Shown in pieces: positions 8,575-16,642 of a DNA stretch of 26,523 bases; position 1 is the first letter of the stretch, and each line of letters opens with the position of its first letter. The notes under the pieces were generated by a model. The model worked only from the letters and a program-made list of their open reading frames with translations, did not search any database and was not told the origin of the DNA. This stretch comes from Phycisphaeraceae bacterium (GTDB taxonomy: Bacteria > Planctomycetota > Phycisphaerae > Phycisphaerales > Zrk34). The position numbers and the translations under genes are program-made. The stretch spans positions 1-26,523 of the forward strand of contig JBBDRF010000058.1 of the NCBI GenBank assembly GCA_040905565.1, given 5' to 3'.

Positions 8575-10731
8575 ATGAGTCAGGACCAACAAACCTACAG
8601 TCGCGCCGCCAACGCCGCCCTGGTCGGCCTGATCGCTCAGCTCGCGCTGGCTATTCTCGTGGCCCTGCTGGGCCTCTACGCCGACGCCCCCGCCCTGCAC
8701 GCGGCGACGTGGTATTTCTTCGGCGGCCTCCCGATCTGGATCATGCTGCTGGTCCTCTATCACCAGCATCGCCTGGAGCGCGTTGAGGCTCTCGAAGCTG
8801 AGCAGCTTGCCAAAGCGGACGCCCGCACCGCCGCGTTGTTCGAGGAAGCGGGCCAGCAACTTCAACTCGCCCGCAAGCGGCTGGACAACCTGTACCGCAT
8901 CGGCCTGCCCACGGTAAGCATCCTCCTTGCCGTGTATCTGCTGGCCGTCGGCGGCACGCTGCTTTACTTCAATGTGCAGGCCTACCGATTCGGTGACCTG
9001 TCGGCCGCGAGCATGCGCAACGACGCCAGCGCCAGCGGCATGACACTGATCGCGCTCGTGATCGGCTTCGCCGGCTTCCTCGTGGCACGCTACGTCGCCG
9101 GCATGACACAGGTGCGCGACTGGCAACTGTTGCGCGGCGGTGCGGGCTACCTCATGGGCAACGCCGTCACCGCGATGGCCATCACTGCCGCCGCCGGCGT
9201 GGCGATCTTCGGGGGCATGGGCGGGTTGGTGTGGCTGGCCATGATCGTGCCGGGCGTCATGATGCTGCTCGGCGCGGAAATGCTGCTGGGGTTCATCTTC
9301 AGTGTCTACCGTCCGCGACGCGCCGGTGAAGTGGCGCGCCCCGCCTTCGACAGCCGACTGCTCGGCTGGCTCACCCGCCCCGAATCGCTGGGCAAGATCG
9401 TCGGCGAAACGCTCAATTACCAGTTCGGTTTCGAAATTTCGTCTAGCTGGTTCTACCGCCTGCTCGCCCGGGCGGTGACACCGTTGATCCTCGTGGGGCT
9501 GGTCGTGCTCATCGGCATGACCTCGCTCGTGTTCGTCGCGCCGCAGCAGGAGGCGGTGATCACCATGTTCGGCAAACTGGACCGCGTGGTCGAGCCGGGC
9601 CTGCGGTTCAAGTGGCCGTGGCCGATCAGCCGGGCGGAGAAGTTTGACGCCTATCGCGTGCACCAGATCGTCGTGGGTTCGAAGCCTTACATCACCGATA
9701 CGTCGCTGGCTATTCTCTGGACCAACGAACACGCGCCCGGTGAGGAAGAGCGCTACCTGCTCACCGCGCCGACGCGCGTCAGCAACCTTGAGTTCAGCAT
9801 CGACTCGCCCGTGGGTGAACTGGTCGGCACGGAGGTCGCGATCAACTTCCGTATCGGCGACCTCGAACGCTTCGCCCGCAACGCCCCGAACCCGCAACAG
9901 CTTTATACCGCTCAGCGCCAGCAGGAACGGTGGGTCGAGGGCGGCCGGCGTGCCGGCGAGGAGCGGATTGATCCGAGCCCGATTGTGACGGCCCTCGCTG
10001 AACGGCGGGTGACCCGCTTCTACTCCTCACGCACGGTCGATGAGTTGTTGACACTGGATCGCGCCGCCGCCGGCCGAACATTGCGCCAGCAGATCCAAAG
10101 CGATCTCGATCGGCGCGACCTTGGCGTGGAACTGGTTTACGTTGGCGTCGTCGGCGTTCACCCGCCGCAGGAAGGCGACGTCGCCGCACGCTTTCATGAA
10201 CAGATCGGCGTGCTTCAGCAGAATGAGATCGCGTTGGAGGAAGCCGAGCGCGACGCCATCGCCACCCTCGCCGCCGCCGCCGGCTCACACGAGCGGGCCC
10301 GCGAGATCGATGCGGCAATCAGTCAGCTCGAATCGCTTCGTCGAGACGTACAGCGGACGCAAGGCCAGGACGACGCGGACGCCGACGCGCTCGCGGAGGC
10401 ACAGCAGCAGATCGTCGAGCAGGAGGCCCGGATCGAGCAGCTCATGAACGAAGCCGGCGGGCTCGCCGCTCAACTCATTCACGAAGCTCATGCGTACCGC
10501 TGGCAACATGCCCTTGCTGAACTGTCCCGTGCCGATCGTTATGCAGCTCAGTATGAAGGGTACCAGCACGCACCCCGCTATTTCATGATGCGGCAATACC
10601 TGGACACGCTTGCCGAGGGGCTGGCGGATCGGCGGAAGTTCATCATGACCGCGGATCAGCAGGCCCCGTCGATGATTCGCTTGCAGTTGGACGATGCGCA
10701 GTCAGGCTTCGACACGCTGATGGGCGACTGA
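8575..10731 (+). CDS. SPFH/HflK-like protein with N-terminal polytopic membrane domain
   Basis: About seven hydrophobic segments in residues ~13-322, then SPFH motifs (QEAVITMFGK, EPGLRFKWPWPI, VGVHPP..DVAARF) and a coiled-coil tail (APRYFMMRQYLDTL). Confidence 0.85.
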   Translation: MSQDQQTYSRAANAALVGLIAQLALAILVALLGLYADAPALHAATWYFFGGLPIWIMLLVLYHQHRLERVEALEAEQLAKADARTAALFEEAGQQLQLARKRLDNLYRIGLPTVSILLAVYLLAVGGTLLYFNVQAYRFGDLSAASMRNDASASGMTLIALVIGFAGFLVARYVAGMTQVRDWQLLRGGAGYLMGNAVTAMAITAAAGVAIFGGMGGLVWLAMIVPGVMMLLGAEMLLGFIFSVYRPRRAGEVARPAFDSRLLGWLTRPESLGKIVGETLNYQFGFEISSSWFYRLLARAVTPLILVGLVVLIGMTSLVFVAPQQEAVITMFGKLDRVVEPGLRFKWPWPISRAEKFDAYRVHQIVVGSKPYITDTSLAILWTNEHAPGEEERYLLTAPTRVSNLEFSIDSPVGELVGTEVAINFRIGDLERFARNAPNPQQLYTAQRQQERWVEGGRRAGEERIDPSPIVTALAERRVTRFYSSRTVDELLTLDRAAAGRTLRQQIQSDLDRRDLGVELVYVGVVGVHPPQEGDVAARFHEQIGVLQQNEIALEEAERDAIATLAAAAGSHERAREIDAAISQLESLRRDVQRTQGQDDADADALAEAQQQIVEQEARIEQLMNEAGGLAAQLIHEAHAYRWQHALAELSRADRYAAQYEGYQHAPRYFMMRQYLDTLAEGLADRRKFIMTADQQAPSMIRLQLDDAQSGFDTLMGD

Positions 10732-10801
10732 CGCCATTGCAGATGGAAGATTGACCGACACCGATACTCATAGATACCTTGCACTCGCTCTGGATCAAGC
10801 C

Positions 10802-11836
10802 ATGAAGAACCAACTCGTTTTGTTGATCGGCATCATCGTGTTCGTCGTCTTGCTGGCGTACATGTTCACGTTTCAGGTGCGTTACGATGAGGTGGCCGTG
10901 CTCGCCACCTTCGAACAGACCGAAGCCCCCGAGCGCAATCCGGAAACCGGGGAGATCATCATCGACCCGGCGACGGGCCGGCCGACCGACGCGGGCAGCC
11001 TTATCTACACGCCGGGCCTGCGGTTTAAGGCCCCCTGGCCGATCCAGAAGGTCTACACCTATTCGCGCAAGATCCAGGTGCTGGAAGTCCAGCCCGAGCA
11101 GGTGCAGACTGACGACGGGCACGCCGTCATCGTGACGAACTACGTCACCTGGCGCATCGCCGACCCGCACCAGTTCTACCAGACGGTTCGCACGATTGAA
11201 CACGCCCAGCGGCAGCTGCTGCCGGTGGTGCGCGACGTGCGTGGCTCGACGTTCGGCATGTACCGTTTCCCGGATCTGGTCAACGTCGACGCCGATCAGG
11301 TGCGCCTCACCGAAATTGAACAAGCGATGACCGAGTCGCTGCGCAGCCGACTTCTGGAGGGGGCGAACTACGGCATCGCCATCGAACAGGTGGGTATCCG
11401 CCGCATCGTCCTGCCGGCCGACACGACCGAACTCGTGTTCCAGCGCATGCGGACCACGCGGGAGCGCCTCGCCTCGGCGGCGCGTGAGGAAGGCCAGGCT
11501 CAGGCGGGCAACATTCGTTCGCAGGCCGAGAGCGCCCGTGCTCGCATCCTCGCCTTCGCCGAGCGTCGCGCTCAGGCGATTCGCGACGAGGGCAACCGCG
11601 AGGCCGCCGCCGCATTTGAAGATTTCTCCGTGGACGAAGATTTCGCCATCTTCCTTCGGCAGATCGAGGCGCTGCGCCAGACGCTGGCACACAACACCAC
11701 GTTCATGCTCGACGCCGACTCACTGTCGTTCCTGAGCCTGTTCAAGAATGAGCCCGGCGAAGATGAACGTCCCCCGGAAATGACGCGCGACATGATCGAC
11801 CAGGATCAGCCTGGCGCCCGTCGAGACAATGAGTAA
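10802..11836 (+). CDS. SPFH/HflC-like protein
   Basis: Single N-terminal TM (start taken at MKNQLVLL), PGLRFKAPWPIQKV, YVTWRIADP..FY, VFQRMRTTRERLA, FAIFLRQIEAL. Confidence 0.88.
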   Translation: MKNQLVLLIGIIVFVVLLAYMFTFQVRYDEVAVLATFEQTEAPERNPETGEIIIDPATGRPTDAGSLIYTPGLRFKAPWPIQKVYTYSRKIQVLEVQPEQVQTDDGHAVIVTNYVTWRIADPHQFYQTVRTIEHAQRQLLPVVRDVRGSTFGMYRFPDLVNVDADQVRLTEIEQAMTESLRSRLLEGANYGIAIEQVGIRRIVLPADTTELVFQRMRTTRERLASAAREEGQAQAGNIRSQAESARARILAFAERRAQAIRDEGNREAAAAFEDFSVDEDFAIFLRQIEALRQTLAHNTTFMLDADSLSFLSLFKNEPGEDERPPEMTRDMIDQDQPGARRDNE

Positions 11837-11923
11837 TCGCCCGCGAAGGCAGAGACGGCTTCCGTCACACTGCCTGACGCACCAGTGATTTGCCTAAACG
11901 CCCTGGCCCCTTCGGACCCCGCC

Positions 11924-13312
11924 ATGACGCAGCAGAAGATCAAAAACCCGTTCATTCACTCGCATGATGATGACCACGACCATGCCCATCATCACCATCA
12001 TCACCACGATGGCGACGAGGACTTGCAGCAGCTCGACCCGGCCCAGCAGTCGCTGGCCGACGCGCTGCGCGTCAGCTTCAACATCCTCAAGGTCGTGATG
12101 GTGTTGCTGCTGGTGGCTTACGTGTTCAGCGGGGCGTTCTGGGTGGAGGAGCAGGAGCGGGCTGTGCGGCTGCGCTTCGGCGCGATGGTGGGCGAGCCGG
12201 GGCAGCAGGTGTACGAGCCGGGTTGGCACTTTGGCCTGCCGTATCCCATCGAGCAGGACCTCCGCGTGCCCGTGTCTCAGCAGACGATCAACATTCAGCG
12301 GGCCTACTGGTATGAAATTTCCGAAGCCGACCTCGGCCGCAGCCCCGAGGAACTTGCCGGCCGCGCGGGCCCGCTCGATCCCGAGCGAGACGGCTCATTG
12401 CTGACCGGCGACGCGAACATTTTTCACGCCCGGTTCAATGTCAATTACACCGTCACCGACCCGGCGGCCTTCTTCCAGAACGTGGGCCTCGCCCGGCCGG
12501 GCGTGGACCGCCTTCCGAACGGTACGGTCGCCCAGCGCACCATGGACCTTGCCGACGCCCTCGTGCGAAACGTCACAGAGCAGGGCATCATCCACGCCTT
12601 CGCCCAAGCCGAGGCCGACCAGATCTACCGCCAGGTCTTTCCCCGCGACCGCGCGCTCGCCCGCATGCGCGAGGTGATGGAGCAGATGAACACCGGCATC
12701 ACCATTGACCGGCTGGACATGACCGATCCGCAACTGCCGCAGCCCGTTCAGCCCGCCGCCCAGGCCGTGACCAATGCCGAAAGCGCACGCGCCCAGCTCA
12801 TCGAAGAAGCCCGGCAGGAGCAGGCCCGGATTCTGGGCGAAATTGCCGGCGCGGCCCACCCCGCTCTCGTCAACCTGATCCGGGAATATGAGCAGGCCCG
12901 CACCGTCGGTGACGAAGAAAACGCCGAGCAGATCCTCAGCGAATTGAATACCGCGCTCGAGCGCCTGATCCTCAGCGAAGAGCGCGGCGCGCTGCGCATC
13001 GGCGGCGAGGTGGCGCGGGTCATCAACGAAGCGACCACCTACCGCACCACGATTGGCCAGCAGATTCAGGCCGAGGTCAGCCTGTTCCAGGCCTATCTTG
13101 AAGACTACCGCCGGGCTCCGCGCCTGCTCCAGACCCGACTCTGGCAGGATGCGCGGGAGAGCATTCTTACCGGTGATGTCGAGACCTTCTACCTCATGGA
13201 CGGCCAGTTCTATCCCGTGCTGAACCGCGACCCGGCCCTCGCCCGCCAGCGCGAGGAAGAACGCCTCCGCCAACAGGAAGAACAGCGACGCGAAAGCCAG
13301 CCGCAGCGCTGA
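11924..13312 (+). CDS. SPFH/HflK-like protein with His-rich N-terminus
   Basis: HSHDDDHDHAHHHHHHH before a single TM; ERAVRLRFG, EPGWHFGLPYPIE, LLTGDANI, YRRAPRL..TRLW. Start taken at MTQQK. Confidence 0.87.
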   Translation: MTQQKIKNPFIHSHDDDHDHAHHHHHHHDGDEDLQQLDPAQQSLADALRVSFNILKVVMVLLLVAYVFSGAFWVEEQERAVRLRFGAMVGEPGQQVYEPGWHFGLPYPIEQDLRVPVSQQTINIQRAYWYEISEADLGRSPEELAGRAGPLDPERDGSLLTGDANIFHARFNVNYTVTDPAAFFQNVGLARPGVDRLPNGTVAQRTMDLADALVRNVTEQGIIHAFAQAEADQIYRQVFPRDRALARMREVMEQMNTGITIDRLDMTDPQLPQPVQPAAQAVTNAESARAQLIEEARQEQARILGEIAGAAHPALVNLIREYEQARTVGDEENAEQILSELNTALERLILSEERGALRIGGEVARVINEATTYRTTIGQQIQAEVSLFQAYLEDYRRAPRLLQTRLWQDARESILTGDVETFYLMDGQFYPVLNRDPALARQREEERLRQQEEQRRESQPQR

Positions 13313-13382
13313 TGCACCACGTTCAGCCGCCGCCCCGCAGCGACGATGTCATTCCGCCTCCGATGGCCGACGAGACTTTCCC

Positions 13383-14654
13383 ATGACCAGCCTCGACACA
13401 CCCACGCGCCCCGCAGCCGATGCCGACGTCGACCCGCGCGACATCATCATCAAATGCGCCGGGCTCACCAAAATGTTCCGCGACTTCTGGATGCGCAACC
13501 GCGTCAAAGCGGTCAACGCCATCGATCTCGAAGTCCGGCGGGGCGAGGTGTTCGGCCTGCTCGGGCCCAACGGCTCGGGCAAGTCCACCACCATCAAAAT
13601 GATCCTCGGCCTGCTGCATCCTACCTCGGGCCAGATCGCCGTCTTCGGCCATCACCCCCGCGACGTCGCCATCAAGAAACAGATCGGCTACCTCCCCGAA
13701 GAAAGCTATCTCTACCGTTTCCTCAACGCTCGCGAAACCCTCGACTACTACGGCCGCCTGTTCCACCAGAGCCGCAGTCAACGCCGACAACGGATCGACA
13801 CCCTGCTGGAAATGGTCGGCCTGGACAAGGTCGCCAACCGCCCCGTCGGCGAATATTCCAAGGGCATGCAGCGGCGCATCGGTCTCGCGCAGGCACTGAT
13901 CAACGATCCGCAACTGCTCATCCTCGACGAACCGACGACGGGGCTTGACCCGATCGGTACGCGACAAATCAAAGACCTGATTCTCGAACTGAAGCGCCGC
14001 GGCAAGACCATCCTGCTTTGCTCGCACCTGCTGGCCGACGTGGAAGACGTCTGCGACCGCGTCTCGATCATGTTTGGTGGCAAGGTCCGTCGCGAGGGGA
14101 CGGTGGATCAATTGCTCGTCCAGGAGTCGCTGACCAACATCCAGACCACGCAACTCGACGCCGATGACGTGCAGGCCATTGAGCAACTGCTTGAGCAGCG
14201 GGGCAAGCATATCGAGCGCGTCGAGCAGCCCCGGCAGAAGCTCGAAGCGCTGTTCCTCAACATTGTGCACGAAGCCCAGGCCGAGGGCGTCGACACCAGC
14301 GGCGCCACCGGCGGCGGCCCACTGGCGGAGTTCCTGCGCGGCGACGAAGCGACGACATCGACGGAGGAAGGCGAGGCTTTGATCGACCAGCTCGTCGAGC
14401 CGCAATCGGCTGACGACGCGAAGACCAGTGAACCTGCCGACGCGACGAAGACGCCGCCACCCGAAGCGGCGGAGCAGGTCGAGCGTGACGCGCTGATCGA
14501 TGAGCTTATCACGAAGGGCGAACCGTCCGAGCCGATCAAGCAGCGCGGCGACGCCGCTGCCGCTTCGCCCGAATCGGAGCCGGAGCAGGAAGAGGAGATC
14601 GACGACAGCGTGCTCGACTCGCTGCTCGGTGAGGACGAAAAGAAGCGCAAGTGA
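13383..14654 (+). CDS. ABC transporter ATP-binding protein with acidic C-terminal extension
   Basis: Walker A GPNGSGKS, signature YSKGM, Walker B LLILDE and H-loop SH; ~120-aa D/E-rich tail. Confidence 0.93.
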   Translation: MTSLDTPTRPAADADVDPRDIIIKCAGLTKMFRDFWMRNRVKAVNAIDLEVRRGEVFGLLGPNGSGKSTTIKMILGLLHPTSGQIAVFGHHPRDVAIKKQIGYLPEESYLYRFLNARETLDYYGRLFHQSRSQRRQRIDTLLEMVGLDKVANRPVGEYSKGMQRRIGLAQALINDPQLLILDEPTTGLDPIGTRQIKDLILELKRRGKTILLCSHLLADVEDVCDRVSIMFGGKVRREGTVDQLLVQESLTNIQTTQLDADDVQAIEQLLEQRGKHIERVEQPRQKLEALFLNIVHEAQAEGVDTSGATGGGPLAEFLRGDEATTSTEEGEALIDQLVEPQSADDAKTSEPADATKTPPPEAAEQVERDALIDELITKGEPSEPIKQRGDAAAASPESEPEQEEEIDDSVLDSLLGEDEKKRK

Positions 14655-16543
14655 AGGTGACGGACCGCATCGGGCAAGTGAAGCTCGAGTGGCATTGGCC
14701 TGAGGCTGGTCGAGTAAAGATGAACCCACGCAACTGGAAAATCTGGCTGGGCCTGCTGCTGGCGATCCTCGCCATGAGCGAAGGGTTGTCGTGGCTGCTG
14801 TGGGCGCAGGGGTGGACGGCCGCAAGCGTCATCACCGCCGGTGTGGGACGTCTTATGGTGGCGGCGTGGGGGGTGCGCGGGTTGTGGTTGTGGCGGGACG
14901 TGCCGTGGGTGCGACAGCAGACGCGGGTCATTATCGGCACGATGCTCGCCCTGCTGCTTGTGCTGTTCGGCCAGCAGATGGGCTACACCGGCCTGGTCTA
15001 TGCCACGCTTGGCAGCTTCTTCATGGCCCTCGGGTTCGTGTACGGCCTAGCCCTGATGCGACTCGCCCTGTCGCCCGGGCATCCGATCCTCGGCGTCGCC
15101 CGCACCCTGCTCGACGAAGCGATCCGGATGAAGGTGGCGATCGTGTTCATCGTCGCGCTCGTGCTGCTCGTGCCCGCGCTGCCGCTGGCATTGGACTCCG
15201 GTGAACTGCTGAAATATCGCGTTCAGTCGTTTCTGACGTGGTCTTTGATGGCCTCGGGCGTCCTGTTGAGCCTGATGACTATTTTTCTTGCGGTGATGAC
15301 GATCACCAGCGAAGTGAACCATCGCCAGATCTTTCTCACCATGACCAAGCCGGTCGGCCGGGCGCAGTATCTCGCGGGCAAGTGGCTCGGCATCGTGCTG
15401 CTGAACGTGCTGCTGGTCTCGGTGTGCGGTGGTGGCATTTACATCTTCACTCAACTGCTTGTGCAGCAGCAGGCCCAGACGCCCGATGACCGCCGCGCGG
15501 TGGAGCAGGAAGTCCTTGCCGCGCGCGTGCCGTTGACGCCTCAGGCACCTGCCGGCACGGACATCAACGCGCTGTACAACCAGCGCCTCGAACGCCTGCG
15601 CCAGCAGGACCCGGCGGTGTATGGCGAACCCGGCTCGACGGTCCCACCGCACATCCGTCGGCAGATCCAACAGCAGGTCGTTGCTCAGTGGTACACGGTC
15701 GGCCCGCGACAGAGTCAGACTTATGTCTTCCATGACTTGCACGTGGCCGGCGAGGGGCAACAGACGGTGCAACTCCGCCTTAATCCGCGTGCCGCCGGCA
15801 ACGTGCCCGAGGGACAGATCTTTGTGGATATCCTCATCAACGACCGACGCTATCAGCTTCAACCGGGCCAAACCGGCTATCTCCGTTTTTCGGAGGATAC
15901 GTTCCACGTCCTGCGCATTCCCGCACAGTTGATCGAGAACGGCGAGTTGCGCCTCACCATTCGTAACCCCGAGCTCAACGGCTACGAGCAGCCGAGCATC
16001 AGCTTCAATACCGCCGACGGGCTTCAGATCCTCTACCGTGCGGGCGGGTTCGAGGCGAACCTGCTGCGCTCGCTGGCCATGATCTGGCTGCGGCTGGGCT
16101 TTTTGGCCATGCTCGGTCTGGCGGCGGGCACGTTCATGAGCTTCCCCACCGCATCGCTGCTGAGCCTGATGGTCTATATCGCCGCGGCCGCGAGCGGGTT
16201 TTTGCAGGAGTCGCTGGAGTCGTATGCCGCGTTCCCGGGTGGGGACATCTCCGCATGGGACCAGATCGTCGGTATACCGGCGGGCATTCTGGCACACCTG
16301 AGTACGGGTGACCTCGGGGCTGCGCTGCGCATGCTCATCCGCCTGTTCGGCCAGTCGTTTATGCTGCTCGTGCCGTCGTTTGGCGATTACAACCCCACGC
16401 CGCTTGTTTCCGACGGTCTGGCGGTGAGTTGGCGGATGCTGGGCCACGCGACATGGCAAGTGGGCCTGGTGTGGACAGGTGTGGTGGCCCTGATCGGCTG
16501 GGCCATCTTCCGCCGGCGCGAGTTGGCGCGGGTGACGGTGTGA
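14651..16543 (+). CDS. ABC-2-type permease with large soluble loop
   Basis: GTGA overlap with the upstream stop (alternative ATG at 14720); VARTLLDEAIR, SEVNHRQIFLTMTKPVGRAQYLAGKWLG, a ~200-aa hydrophilic domain, and C-terminal IFRRREL. Confidence 0.85.
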   Translation: MKVTDRIGQVKLEWHWPEAGRVKMNPRNWKIWLGLLLAILAMSEGLSWLLWAQGWTAASVITAGVGRLMVAAWGVRGLWLWRDVPWVRQQTRVIIGTMLALLLVLFGQQMGYTGLVYATLGSFFMALGFVYGLALMRLALSPGHPILGVARTLLDEAIRMKVAIVFIVALVLLVPALPLALDSGELLKYRVQSFLTWSLMASGVLLSLMTIFLAVMTITSEVNHRQIFLTMTKPVGRAQYLAGKWLGIVLLNVLLVSVCGGGIYIFTQLLVQQQAQTPDDRRAVEQEVLAARVPLTPQAPAGTDINALYNQRLERLRQQDPAVYGEPGSTVPPHIRRQIQQQVVAQWYTVGPRQSQTYVFHDLHVAGEGQQTVQLRLNPRAAGNVPEGQIFVDILINDRRYQLQPGQTGYLRFSEDTFHVLRIPAQLIENGELRLTIRNPELNGYEQPSISFNTADGLQILYRAGGFEANLLRSLAMIWLRLGFLAMLGLAAGTFMSFPTASLLSLMVYIAAAASGFLQESLESYAAFPGGDISAWDQIVGIPAGILAHLSTGDLGAALRMLIRLFGQSFMLLVPSFGDYNPTPLVSDGLAVSWRMLGHATWQVGLVWTGVVALIGWAIFRRRELARVTV

Positions 16544-16547
16544 GGCA

Positions 16548-16637
16548 GCGTTTCGCGTTGCTTGTTTCTGGTTCCGCGTTGTGGTCAGACGCACAACAGC
16601 CGGAAACGGGGAAGCCGAAACCACAATTGAGAAACCG
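16548..16637. repeat. Inverted pair of degenerate GAAAC-type heptamer arrays
   Basis: Left arm GCGTTTC GCGTTGC TTGTTTC TGGTTCC GCGTTGT (16548-16582); right arm GAAACGG GGAAGCC GAAACCA CAATTGA GAAACCG (16603-16637). Confidence 0.6.
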
Positions 16638-16642
16638 AACTG

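Noticed and set aside
8575..13312. Assigning canonical hflK/hflC symbols
   Set aside because: Three paralogues with atypical architecture and no hflX or ftsH context; orthology not established.
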